Shown here one piece after another: positions 25,101-39,099 of a DNA stretch of 64,000 nt. Where the stretch lies: assembly GCF_009914755.1 (NCBI RefSeq), contig NC_060943.1; one strand, 5' to 3'. Numbering within the stretch: position 1 is the stretch's first letter; each line of letters starts with the position of its first letter. Made by a program: the position numbers and the translations under genes. Under the pieces are notes generated by a model. That model was not told the DNA's origin. It ran no database searches and saw only the letters and a program-made list of their open reading frames with translations. Source of the stretch: the human T2T-CHM13v2.0 reference genome, Homo sapiens.

Positions 25101-28100
25101 CAACTCACAGAGTTGAACGATCCTTTACACAGAGCAGACTTGAAACACTCTTTTTGTGGAATTTGCAAGTGGAGATTTCAGCCGCTTTGAGGTCAATGGT
25201 AGAATAGGAAATATCTTCCTATAGAAACTAGACAGAATGATTCTCAGAAACTCCTTTGTGATGTGCGCGTTCAACTCACAGAGTTTAACCTTTCTTTTCA
25301 TAGAGCAGTTAGGAAACACTCTGTTTGTAAAGTCTGCAAGTGGATATTCAGACATCCTTGAGGCTTTCGTTGGAAACGGGATTTCTTCATATTCTGCTAG
25401 AAAGAAGAATTCTCAGTAACTTCCTTGTGTTGTGTGTATTCAACTCACAGAGTTGAACGATCCTTTACACAGAGCAGACTTGAAACACTCTTTTTGTGGA
25501 ATTTGCAAGTGGAGATTTCAGCCGCTTTGAGTTCAATGGTAGAATAGGAAATATCTTCCTATAGAAACTAGACAGAATGATTCTCAGAAACTCCTTTGTG
25601 ATGTGTGCGTTCAACTCACAGAGTTCAACCTTTCTTTTCATAGAGCAGTTGGGAAACACTCTGTTTGTAAAGTCTGCAAGTGGATATTCAGACTTCTTTG
25701 AGGCCTTCGTTGGAAGCGGGATTTCTTCATGTTCTGCTAGACAGAAGAATTCTCAGTAACTTCCTTGTGTTGTGTGTATTCAACTCACAGAGTTGAACGA
25801 TCCTTTACACAGAGCAGACTTGAAACACTCTTTTTGTGGAATTTGCAAGTGGAGATTTCAGCCGCTTTGAGGTCAATGGTAGAATAGGAAATATCTTCCT
25901 ATAGAAACTAGACAGAATGATTCTCAGAAACTCCTTTGTGATGTGTGCGTTCAACTCACAGAGTTTAACCTTTCTTTTCATAGAGCAGTTAGGAAACACT
26001 CTGTTTGTAAAGTCTGCAAGTGGATATTCAGACGTCCTTGAGGCTTTCGTTGGAAACGGGATTTCTTCATATTCTGCGGGAAAGAAGAATTCTCAGTAAC
26101 TTCCTTGTGTTGTGTGTATTCAACTCACAGAGTTGAACGATCCTTTTCACAGAGCAGACTTGAAACACTCTTTTTGTGGAATTTGCAAGTGGAGATTTCA
26201 GCCGCTTTGAGGTCAATGGTAGAATAGGAAATATCTTCCTATAGAAACTAGACAGAATGATTCTCAGAAACTCCTTTGTGATGTGTGCGTTCAACTCACA
26301 GAGTTTAACCTTTCTTTTCATAGAGCAGTTGGGAATCACTCTGTTTGTAAAGTCTGCAAGTGGATATTCAGACCTCCTTGAGGCTTTCGTTGGAAACGGG
26401 ATTTCTTCATATTCTGCTAGAAAGAAGAATTCTCAGTAACTTCCTTGTGTTGTGTGTATTCAACTCACAGAGTTGAACGATCCTTTACACAGAGCAGACT
26501 TGAAACACTCTTTTTGTGGAATTTGCAAGTGGAGATTTCAGCCGCTTTGAGTTCAATGGTAGAATAGGAAATATCTTCCTATAGAAACTAGACAGAATGA
26601 TTCTCAGAAACTCCTTTGTGATGTGTGCGTTCAACTCACAGAGTTCAACCTTTCTTTTCATAGAGCAGTTGGGAAACACTCTGTTTGTAAAGTCTGCAAG
26701 TGGATATTCAGACTTCTTTGAGGCCTTCGTTGGAAGCGGGATTTCTTCATATTCTGCTAGACAGAAGAATTCTCAGTAACTGCCTTGTGTTGTGTGTATT
26801 CAACTCACAGAGTTGAACGATCCTTTACACAGAGCAGACTTGAAACACTCTTTTTGTGGAATTTGCAAGTGGAGATTTCAGCCGCTTTGAGGTCAATGGT
26901 AGAATAGGAAATATCTTCCTATAGAAACTAGACAGAATGATTCTCAGAAACTCCTTTGTGATGTGTGCGTTCAACTCACAGAGTTTACCCTTTCTTTTCA
27001 TAGAGCAGTTAGGAAACACTCTGTTTGTAAAGTCTGCAAGTGGATATTCAGACATCCTTGAGGCTTTCGTTGGAAACGGGATTTCTTCATATTCTGCTAG
27101 AAAGAAGAATTCTCAGTAACTTCCTTGTGTTGTGTGTATTCAACTCACAGAGTTGAACGATCCTTTACACAGAGCAGACTTGAAACACTCTTTTTGTGGA
27201 ATTTGCAAGTGGAGATTTCAGCCGCTTTGAGGTCAATGGTAGAATAGGAAATATCTTCCTATAGAAACTAGACAGAATGATTCTCAGAAACTCCTTTGTG
27301 ATGTGTGCGTTCAACTCAGAGAGTTTAACCTTTCTTTTCATAGAGCAGTTAGGAAACACTCTGTTTGTAAAGTCTGCAAGTGGATATTCAGACATCCTTG
27401 AGGCTTTCGTTGGAAACGGGATTTCTTCATATTCTGCTAGAAAGAAGAATTCTCAGTAACTTCCTTGTGTTGTGTGTATTCAACTCACAGAGTTGAACGA
27501 TCCTTTACACAGAGCAGACTTGAAACACTCTTTTTGTGGAATTTGCAAGTGGAGATTTCAGCCGCTTTGAGTTCAATGGTAGAATAGGAAATATCTTCCT
27601 ATAGAAACTAGACAGAATGATTCTCAGAAACTCCTTTGTGATGTGTGCGTTCAGCTCACAGAGTTCAACCTTTCTTTTCATAGAGCAGTTGGGAAACACT
27701 CTGTTTGTAAAGTCTGCAAGTGGATATTCAGACTTCTTTGAGGCCTTCGTTGGAAGCGGGATTTCTTCATGTTCTGCTAGACAGAAGAATTCTCAGTAAC
27801 TGCCTTGTGTTGTGTGTATTCAACTCACAGAGTTGAACGATCCTTTACACAGAGCAGACTTGAAACACTCCTTTTGTGGAATTTGCAAGTGGAGATTTCA
27901 GCCGCTTTGAGGTCAATGGTAGAATAGGAAATATCTTCCTATAGAAACTAGACAGAATGATTCTCAGAAACTCCTTTGTGATGTGTGCGTTCAACTCACA
28001 GAGTTTAACCTTTCTTTTCATAGAGCAGTTAGGAAACACTCTGTTTGTAAAGTCTGCAAGTGGATATTCAGACATCTTTGAGGCTTTCGTTGGAAACGGG

Positions 28101-31100
28101 ATTTCTTCATATTCTGCTAGAAAGAAGAATTCTCAGTAACTTCCTTGTGTTGTGTGTATTCAACTCACAGAGTTGAACGATCCTTTACACAGAGCAGACT
28201 TGAAACACTCTTTTTGTGGAATTTGCAAGTGGAGATTTCAGCCGCTTTGAGGTCAATGGTAGAATAGGAAATATCTTCCTATAGAAACTAGACAGAATGA
28301 TTCTCAGAAACTCCTTTGTGATGTGTGCGTTCAACTCACAGAGTTTACCCTTTCTTTTCATAGAGCAGTTAGGAAACACTCTGTTTGTAAAGTCTGCAAG
28401 TGGATATTCAGACGTCCTTGAGGCTTTCGTTGGAAACGGGATTTCTTCATATTCTGCTAGAAAGAAGAATTCTCAGTAACTTCCTTGTGTTGTGTGTATT
28501 CAACTCACAGAGTTGAACGATCCTTTACACAGAGCAGACTTGAAACACTCTTTTTGTGGAATTTGCAAGTGGAGATTTCAGCCGCTTTGAGGTCAATGGT
28601 AGAATAGGAAATATCTTCCTATAGAAACTAGACAGAATGATTCTCAGAAACTCCTTTGTGATGTGTGCGTTCAACTCACAGAGTTTAACCTTTCTTTTCA
28701 TAGAGCAGTTGGGAAACACTCTGTTTGTAAAGTCTGCAAGTGGATATTCAGACCTCCTTGAGGCTTTCGTTGGAAACGGGATTTCTTCATATTCTGCTAG
28801 AAAGAAGAATTCTCAGTAACTTCCTTGTGTTGTGTGTATTCAACTCACAGAGTTGAACGATCCTTTACACAGAGCAGACTTGAAACACTCTTTTTGTGGA
28901 ATTTGCAAGTGGAGATTTCAGCCGCTTTGAGTTCAATGGTAGAATAGGAAATATCTTCCTATAGAAACTAGACAGAATGATTCTCAGAAACTCCTTTGTG
29001 ATGTGTGCGTTCAACTCACAGAGTTCAACCTTTCTTTTCATAGAGCAGTTGGGAAACACTCTGTTTGTAAAGTCTGCAAGTGGATATTCAGACTTCTTTG
29101 AGGCCTTCGTTGGAAGCGGGATTTCTTCATATTCTGCTAGACAGAAGAATTCTCAGTAACTGCCTTGTGTTGTGTGTATTCAACTCACAGAGTTGAACGA
29201 TCCTTTACACAGAGCAGACTTGAAACACTCTTTTTGTGGAATTTGCAAGTGGAGATTTCAGCCGCTTTGAGGTCAATGGTAGAATAGGAAATATCTTCCT
29301 ATAGAAACTAGACAGAATGATTCTCAGAAACTCCTTTGTGATGTGTGCGTTCAACTCACAGAGTTTAACCTTTCTTTTCATAGAGCAGTTAGGAAACACT
29401 CTGTTTGTAAAGTCTGCAAGTGGATATTCAGACATCCTTGAGGCTTTCGTTGGAAACGGGATTTCTTCATATTCTGCTAGAAAGAAGAATTCTCAGTAAC
29501 TTCCTTGTGTTGTGTGTATTCAACTCACAGAGTTGAACGATCCTTTACACAGAGCAGACTTGAAACACTCTTTTTGTGGAATTTGCAAGTGGAGATTTCA
29601 GCCGCTTTGAGGTCAATGGTAGAATAGGAAATATCTTCCTATAGAAACTAGACAGAATGATTCTCAGAAACTCCTTTGTGATGTGTGCGTTCAACTCACA
29701 GAGTTTAACCTTTCTTTTCATAGAGCAGTTAGGAAACACTCTGTTTGTAAAGTCTGCAAGTGGATATTCAGACCTCTTTGAGGCCTTCGTTGGAAACGGG
29801 ATTTCTTCATATTCTGCTAGACAGAAGAATTCTCAGTAACTTCCTTGTGTTGTGTGTATTCAACTCACAGAGTTGAACGATCCTTTACACAGAGCAGACT
29901 TGAAACACTCTTTTTGTGGAATTTGCAAGTGGAGATTTCAGCCGCTTTGAGTTCAATGGTAGAATAGGAAATATCTTCCTATAGAAACTAGACAGAATGA
30001 TTCTCAGAAACTCCTTTGTGATGTGTGCGTTCAACTCACAGAGTTCAACCTTTCTTTTCATAGAGCAGTTGGGAAACACTCTGTTTGTAAAGTCTGCAAG
30101 TGGATATTCAGACTTCTTTGAGGCCTTCGTTGGAAGCGGGATTTCTTCATATTCTGCTAGACAGAAGAATTCTCAGTAACTTCCTTGTGTTGTGTGTATT
30201 CAACTCACAGAGTTGAACGATCCTTTACACAGAGCAGACTTGAAACACTCCTTTTGTGGAATTTGCAAGTGGAGATTTCAGCCGCTTTGAGGTCAATGGT
30301 AGAATAGGAAATATCTTCCTATAGAAAGTAGACAGAATGATTCTCAGAAACTCCTTTGTGATGTGTGCGTTCAACTCACAGAGTTTAACCTTTCTTTTCA
30401 TAGAGCAGTTAGGAAACACTCTGTTTGTAAAGTCTGCAAGTGGATATTCAGACCTCCTTGAGGCCTTCGTTGGAAACGGGATTTCTTCATATTATGCTAG
30501 ACAGAAGAATTCTCAGTAACTTCCTTGTGTTGTGTGTATTCAACTCACAGAGTTGAACGATCCTTTACACAGAGCAGACTTGAAACACTCTTTTTGTGGA
30601 ATTTGCAAGTGGAGATTTCAGCCGCTTTGAGTTCAAGGGTAGAATAGGAAATATCTTCCTATAGAAACTAGACAGAATGATTCTCAGAAACTCCTTTGTG
30701 ATGTGTGCGTTCAACTCACAGAGTTCAACCTTTCTTTTAATAGAGCAGTTGGGAAACACTCTGTTTGTAAAGTCTGCAAGTGGATATTCAGACTTCTTTG
30801 AGGCCTTCGTTGGAAGCGGGATTTCTTCATATTCTGCTAGACAGAAGAATTCTCAGTAACTTCCTTGTGTTGTGTGTATTCAACTCACAGAGTTGAACGA
30901 TCCTTTACACAGAGCAGACTTGAAACACTCTTTTTGTGGAATTTGCAAGTGGAGATTTCAGCCGCTTTGAGGTCAATGGTAGAATAGGAAATATCTTCCT
31001 ATAGAAACTAGACAGAATGATTCTCAGAAACTCCTTTGTGATGTGTGCGTTCAACTCACAGAGTTTACCCTTTCTTTTCATAGAGCAGTTAGGAAACACT

Positions 31101-31149
31101 CTGTTTGTAAAGTCTACAAGTGGATATTCAGACATCCTTGAGGCTTTCG

Positions 31150-34100
31150 TTGGAAACGGGATTTCTTCATATTCTGCCAGAAAGAAGAATTCTCAGTAAC
31201 TTCCTTGTGTTGTGTGTATTCAACTCACAGAGTTGAACGATCCTTTACACAGAGCAGACTTGAAACACTCTTTTTGTGGAATTTGCAAGTGGAGATTTCA
31301 GCCGCTTTGAGGTCAATGGTAGAATAGGAAATATCTTCCTATAGAAACTAGACAGAATGATTCTCAGAAACTCCTTTGTGATGTGTGCGTTCAACTCACA
31401 GAGTTCAGCCTTTCTTTTCATAGAGCAGTTGGGAAACACTCTGTTTGTAAAGTCTGCAAGTGGATATTCAGACTTCTTTGAGGCCTTCGTTGGAAGCGGG
31501 ATTTCTTCATGTTCTGCTAGACAGAAGAATTCTCAGTAACTGCCTTGTGTTGTGTGTATTCAACTCACAGAGTTGAACGATCCTTTACACAGAGCAGACT
31601 TGAAACACTCCTTTTGTGGAATTTGCAAGTGGAGATTTCAGCCGCTTTGAGGTCAATGGTAGAATAGGAAATATCTTCCTATAGAAACTAGACAGAATGA
31701 TTCTCAGAAACTCCTTTGTGATGTGTGCGTTCAACTCACAGAGTTTAACTTTTCTTTTCATAGAGCAGTTAGGAAACACTCTGTTTGTAAAGTCTGCAAG
31801 TGGATATTCAGACATCCTTGAGGCTTTCGTTGGAAACGGGATTTCTTCATATTCTGCTAGAAAGAAGAATTCTCAGTAACTTCCTTGTGTTGTGTGTATT
31901 CAACTCACAGAGTTGAACGATCCTTTACACAGAGCAGACTTGAAACACTCTTTTTGTGGAATTTGCAAGTGGAGATTTCTGCCGCTTTGAGGTCAATGGT
32001 AGAATAGGTAATATCTTCCTATAGAAACTAGACAGAATGATTCTCCGAAACTCCTTTGTGATGTGTGCGTTCAACTCACAGAGTTTAACCTTTCTGTTCA
32101 TAGAGCAGTTAGGAAACACTCTGTTTGTAAAGTCTGCAAGTGGATATTCAGACATCCTTGAGGCTTTCGTTGGAAACGGGATTTCTTCATATTCTGCTAG
32201 AAAGAAGAATTCTCAGTAACTTCCTTGTGTTGTGTGTATTCAACTCACAGAGTTGAACGATCCTTTACACAGAGCAGACTTGAAACACTCTTTTTGTGGA
32301 ATTTGCAAGTGGAGATTTCAGCCGCTTTAGTTCAATGGTAGAATAGGAAATATCTTCCTATAGAAACTAGACAGAATGATTCTCAGAAACTCCTTTGTGA
32401 TGTGTGCGTTCAACTCACAGAGTTCAACCTTTCTTTTAATAGAGCAGTTGGGAAACACTCTGTTTGTAAAGTCTGCAAGTGGATATTCAGACTTCTTTGA
32501 GGCCTTCGTTGGAAGCGGGATTTCTTCATATTCTGCTAGACAGAAGAATTCTCAGTAACTTCCTTGTGTTGTGTGTATTCAACTCACAGAGTTGAACGAT
32601 CCTTTACACAGAGCAGACTTGAAACACTCTTTTTGTGGAATTTGCAAGTGGAGATTTCAGCCGCTTTGAGGTCAATGGTAGAATAGGAAATATCTTCCTA
32701 TAGAAACTAGACAGAATGATTCTCAGAAACTCCTTTGTGATGTGTGCGTTCAACTCACAGAGTTTAACCTTTCTTTTCATAGAGTAGTTAGGAAACACTC
32801 TGTTTGTAAAGTCTGCAAGTGGATATTCAGACATCCTTGAGGCTTTCGTTGGAAACGGGATTTCTTCATATTCTGCTAGAAAGAAGAATTCTCAGTAACT
32901 TCCTTGTGTTGTGTGTATTCAACTCACAGAGTTGAACGATCCTTTACACAGAGCAGACTTGAAACACTCTTTTTGTGGAATTTGCAAGTGGAGATTTCAG
33001 CCGCTTTAGTTCAATGGTAGAATAGGAAATATCTTCCTATAGAAACTAGACAGAATGTTTCTCAGAAACTCCTTTGTGATGTGTGCGTTCAACTCACAGA
33101 GTTCAACCTTTCTTTTAATAGAGCAGTTGGGAAACACTCTGTTTGTAAAGTCTGCAAGTGGATATTCAGACTTCTTTGAGGCCTTCGTTGGAAGCGGGAT
33201 TTCTTCATATTCTGCTAGACAGAAGAATTCTCAGTAACTTCCTTGTGTTGTGTGTATTCAACTCACAGAGTTGAACGATCCTTTACACAGAGCAGACTTG
33301 AAACACTCTTTTTGTGGAATTTGCAAGTGGAGATTTCAGCCGCTTTGAGGTCAATGGTAGAATAGGAAATATCTTCCTATAGAAACTAGACAGAATGATT
33401 CTCAGAAACTCCTTTGTGATGTGTGCGTTCAACTCACAGAGTTTAACCTTTCTTTTCATAGAGCAGTTAGGAAACACTCTGTTTGTACAGTCTGCAAATG
33501 GATATTCAGACATCCTTGAGGCTTTCGTTGGAAACGGGATTTCTTCATATTCTGCTAGAAAGAAGAATTCTCAGTAACTTCCTTGTGTTGTGTGTATTCA
33601 ACTCACAGAGTTGAACGATCCTTTACACAGAGCAGACTTGAAACACTCTTTTTGTGGAATTTGCAAGTGGAGATTTCAGCCGCTTTGAGGTCAATGGTAG
33701 AATAGGAAATATCTTCCTATAGAAAATAGACAGAATGATTCTCAGAAACTCCTTTGTGATGTGTGCGTTCAACTCACAGAGTTTAACCTTTCTTTTCATA
33801 GAGCAGTTAGGAAACACTCTGTTTGTAAAGTCTGCAAGTGGATATTCAGACCTCCTTGAGGCCTTCGTTGGAAACGGGATTTCTTCATATTATGGTAGAC
33901 AGAAGAATTCTCAGTAACTTCCTTGTGTTGTGTGTATTCAACTCACAGAGTTGAACGATCCTTTACACAGAGCAGACTTGAAACACTCTTTTTGTGGAAT
34001 TTGCAAGTGGAGATTTCAGCCGCTTTGAGGTCAATGGTAGAATAGGAAATATCTTCCTATAGAAAATAGACAGAATGATTCTCAGAAACTCCTTTGTGAT

Positions 34101-37100
34101 GTGTGCGTTCAACTCACAGAGTTTAACCTTTCTTTTCATAGAGCAGTTAGGAAACACTCTGTTTGTAAAGTCTGCAAGTGGATATTCAGACCTCCTTGAG
34201 GCCTTCGTTGGAAACGGGATTTCTTCATATTATGGTAGACAGAAGAATTCTCAGTAACTTCCTTGTGTTGTGTGTATTCAACTCACAGAGTTGAACGATC
34301 CTTTACACAGAGCAGACTTGAAACACTCTTTTTGTGGAATTTGCAAGTGGAGATTTCAGCCGCTTTGAGGTCAATGGTAGAATAGGAAATATCTTCCTAT
34401 AGAAACTAGACAGAATGATTCTCAGAAACTCCTTTGTGATGTGTGCGTTCAACTCACAGAGTTCAACCTTTCTTTTCATAGAGCAGTTGGGAAACACTCT
34501 GTTTGTAAAGTCTGCAAGTGGATATTCAGACTTCTTTGAGGCCTTCGTTGGAAGCGGGATTTCTTCATATTCTGCTAGACAGAAGAATTCTCAGTAACTG
34601 CCTTGTGTTGTGTGTATTCAACTCACAGAGTTGAACGATCCTTTACACAGAGCAGACTTGAAACACTCTTTTTGTGGAATTTGCAAGTGGAGATTTCAGC
34701 CGCTTTGAGGTCAATGGTAGAATAGGAAATATCTTCCTATAGAAACTAGACAGAATGATTCTCAGAAACTCCTTTGTGATGTGTGCGTTCAACTCACAGA
34801 GTTTAACCTTTCTTTTCATAGAGCAGTTAGGAAACACTCTGTTTGTAAAGTCTGCAAGTGGATATTCAGACATCCTTGAGGCTTTCTTTGGAAACGGGAT
34901 TTCTTCATATTCTGCCAGAAAGAAGAATTCTCAGTAACTTCCTTGTGTTGTGTGTATTCAACTCACAGAGTTGAACGATCCTTTACACAGAGCAGACTTG
35001 AAACACTCTTTTTGTGGAATTTGCAAGTGGAGATTTCAGCCGCTTTGAGGTCAATGGTAGAATAGGAAATATCTTCCTATAGAAACTAGACAGAATGATT
35101 CTCAGAAACTCCTTTGTGATGTGTGCGTTCAACTCACAGAGTTCAACCTTTCTTTTCACAGAGCAGTTGGGAAACACTCTGTTTGTAAAGTCTGCAAGTG
35201 GATATTCAGACTTCTTTGAGGCCTTCGTTGGAAGCGGGATTTCTTCATGTTCTGCTAGACAGAAGAATTCTCAGTAACTGCCTTGTGTTGTGTGTATTCA
35301 ACTCACAGAGTTGAACGATCCTTTACACAGAGCAGACTTGAAACACTCCTTTTGTGGAATTTGCAAGTGGAGATTTCAGCCGCTTTGAGGTCAATGGTAG
35401 AATAGGAAATATCTTCCTATAGAAACTAGACAGAATGATTCTCAGAAACTCCTTTGTGATGTGTGCGTTCAACTCACAGAGTTTAACCTTTCTTTTCATA
35501 GAGCAGTTAGGAAACACTCTGTTTGTAAAGTCTGCAAGTGGATATTCAGACATCCTTGAGGCTTTCGTTGGAAACGGGATTTCTTCATATTCTGCTAGAA
35601 AGAAGAATTCTCAGTAACTTCCTTGTGTTGTGTGTATTCAACTCACAGAGTTGAACGATCCTTTACACAGAGCAGACTTGAAACACTCTTTTTGTGGAAT
35701 TTGCAAGTGGAGATTTCTGCCGCTTTGAGGTCAATGGTAGAATAGGAAATATCTTCCTATAGAAACTAGACAGAATGATTCTCAGAAACTCCTTTGTGAT
35801 GTGTGCGTTCAACTCACAGAGTTTAACCTTTCTGTTCATAGAGCAGTTAGGAAACACTCTGTTTGTAAAGTCTGCAAGTGGATATTCAGACATCCTTGAG
35901 GCTTTCGTTGGAAACGGGATTTCTTCATATTCTGCTAGAAAGAAGAATTCTCAGTAACTTCCTTGTGTTGTGTGTATTCAACTCACAGAGTTGAACGATC
36001 CTTTACACAGAGCAGACTTGAAACACTCTTTTTGTGGAATATGCAAGTGGAGATTTCAGCCGCTTTAGTTCAATGGTAGAATAGGAAATATCTTCCTATA
36101 GAAACTAGACAGAATGATTCTCAGAAACTCCTTTGTGATGTGTGCGTTCAACTCACAGAGTTCAACCTTTCTTTTAATAGAGCAGTTGGGAAACACTCTG
36201 TTTGTAAAGTCTGCAAGTGGATATTCAGACTTCTTTGAGGCCTTCGTTGGAAGCGGGATTTCTTCATATTCTGCTAGACAGAAGAATTCTCAGTAACTTC
36301 CTTGTGTTGTGTGTATTCAACTCACAGAGTTGAACGATCCTTTACACAGAGCAGACTTGAAACACTCTTTTTGTGGAATTTGCAAGTGGAGATTTCAGCC
36401 GCTTTGAGGTCAATGGTAGAATAGGAAATATCTTCCTATAGAAACTAGACAGAATGATTCTCAGAAACTCCTTTGTGATGTGTGCGTTCAACTCACAGAG
36501 TTTAACCTTTCTTTTCATAGAGCAGTTAGGAAACACTCTGTTTGTAAAGTCTGCAAGTGGATATTCAGACATCCTTGAGGCTTTCGTTGGAAACGGGATT
36601 TCTTCATATTCTGCTAGAAAGAAGAATTCTCAGTAACTTCCTTGTGTTGTGTGTATTCAACTCACAGAGTTGAACGATCCTTTACACAGAGCAGACTTGA
36701 AACACTCTTTTTGTGGAATTTGCAAGTGGAGATTTCAGCCGCTTTAGTTCAATGGTAGAATAGGAAATATCTTCCTATAGAAACTAGACAGAATGATTCT
36801 CAGAAACTCCTTTGTGATGTGTGCGTTCAACTCACAGAGTTCAACCTTTCTTTTAATAGAGCAGTTGGGAAACACTCTGTTTGTAAAGTCTGCAAGTGGA
36901 TATTCAGACTTCTTTGAGGCCTTCGTTGGAAGCGGGATTTCTTCATATTCTGCTAGACAGAAGAATTCTCAGTAACTTCCTTGTGTTGTGTGTATTCAAC
37001 TCACAGAGTTGAACGATCCTTTACACAGAGCAGACTTGAAACACTCTTTTTGTGGAATTTGCAAGTGGAGATTTCAGCCGCTTTGAGGTCAATGGTAGAA

Positions 37101-38300
37101 TAGGAAATATCTTCCTATAGAAACTAGACAGAATGATTCTCAGAAACTCCTTTGTGATGTGTGCGTTCAACTCACAGAGTTTAACCTTTCTTTTCATAGA
37201 GCAGTTAGGAAACACTCTGTTTGTAAAGTCTGCAAGTGGATATTCAGACATCCTTGAGGCTTTCGTTGGAAACGGGATTTCTTCATATTCTGCTAGAAAG
37301 AAGAATTCTCAGTAACTTCCTTGTGTTGTGTGTATTCAACTCACAGAGTTGAACGGTCCTTTACACAGAGCAGACTTGAAACACTCTTTTTGTGGAATTT
37401 GCAAGTGGAGATTTCAGCCGCTTTGAGGTCAATGGTAGAATAGGAAATATCTTCCTATAGAAAATAGACAGAATGATTCTCAGAAACTCCTTTGTGATGT
37501 GTGCGTTCAACTCACAGAGTTTAACCTTTCTTTTCATAGAGCAGTTAGGAAACACTCTGTTTGTAAAGTCTGCAAGTGGATATTCAGACCTTCTTGAGGC
37601 CTTCGTTGGAAACGGGATTTCTTCATATTATGGTAGACAGAAGAATTCTCAGTAACTTCCTTGTGTTGTGTGTATTCAACTCACAGAGTTGAACGATCCT
37701 TTACACAGAGCAGACTTGAAACACTCTTTTTGTGGAATTTGCAAGTGGAGATTTCAGCCGCTTTGAGGTCAATGGTAGAATAGGAAATATCTTCCTATAG
37801 AAAATAGACAGAATGATTCTCAGAAACTCCTTTGTGATGTGTGCGTTCAACTCACAGAGTTTAACCTTTCTTTTCATAGAGCAGTTAGGAAACACTCTGT
37901 TTGTAAAGTCTGCAAGTGGATATTCAGACCTCCTTGAGGCCTTCGTTGGAAACGGGATTTCTTCATATTATGGTAGACAGAAGAATTCTCAGTGACTTCC
38001 TTGTGTTGTGTGTATTCAACTCACAGAGTTGAACGATCCTTTACACAGAGCAGACTTGAAACACTCTTTTTGTGGAATTTGCAAGTGGAGATTTCAGCCG
38101 CTTTGAGGTCAATGGTAGAATAGGAAATATCTTCCTATAGAAACTAGACAGAATGATTCTCAGAAACTCCTTTGTGATGTGTGCGTTCAACTCACAGAGT
38201 TCAACCTTTCTTTTCATAGAGCAGTTGGGAAACACTCTGTTTGTAAAGTCTGCAAGTGGATATTCAGACTTCTTTGAGGCCTTCGTTGGAAGCGGGATTT
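31150..38300 (+). repeat. Tandem duplication with a 3738-bp (11-dimer, two 1-bp deletions) unit; ends approximate
   Basis: Markers recur at +3738: gatttctgcc 31980/35718, ttctgttc 32096/35834, G deletions 32328/36066 and 33007/36745, paired tatggtag dimers 33735,34075/37473,37813. Confidence 0.88.
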
Positions 38301-39099
38301 CTTCATGTTCTGCTAGACAGAAGAATTCTCAGTAACTGCCTTGTGTTGTGTGTATTCAACTCACAGAGTTGAACGATCCTTTACACAGAGCAGACTTGAA
38401 ACACTCCTTTTGTGGAATTTGCAAGTGGAGATTTCAGCCGCTTTGAGGTCAATGGTAGAATAGGAAATATCTTCCTATAGAAACTAGACAGAATGATTCT
38501 CAGAAACTCCTTTGTGATGTGTGCGTTCAACTCACAGAGTTTAACCTTTCTTTTCATAGAGCAGTTAGGAAACACTCTGTTTGTAAAGTCTGCAAGTGGA
38601 TATTCAGACATCCTTGAGGCTTTCGTTGGAAACGGGATTTCTTCATATTCTGCTAGAAAGAAGAATTCTCAGTAACTTCCTTGTGTTGTGTGTATTCAAC
38701 TCACAGAGTTGAACGATCCTTTACACAGAGCAGACTTGAAACACTCTTTTTGTGGAATTTGCAAGTGGAGATTTCAGCCGCTTTGAGGTCAATGGTAGAA
38801 TAGGAAATATCTTCCTATAGAAACTAGACAGAATGATTCTCAGAAACTCCTTTGTGATGTGTGCGTTCAACTCACAGAGTTTAACCTTTCTTTTCATAGA
38901 GCAGTTAGGAAACACTCTGTTTGTAAAGTCTGCAAGTGGATATTCAGACATCCTTGAGGCTTTCGTTGGAAACGGGATTTCTTCATATTCTGCTAGAAAG
39001 AAGAATTCTCAGTAACTTCCTTGTGTTGTGTGTATTCAACTCACAGAGTTGAACGATCCTTTAAACAGAGCAGACTTGAAACACTCTTTTTGTGGAATT

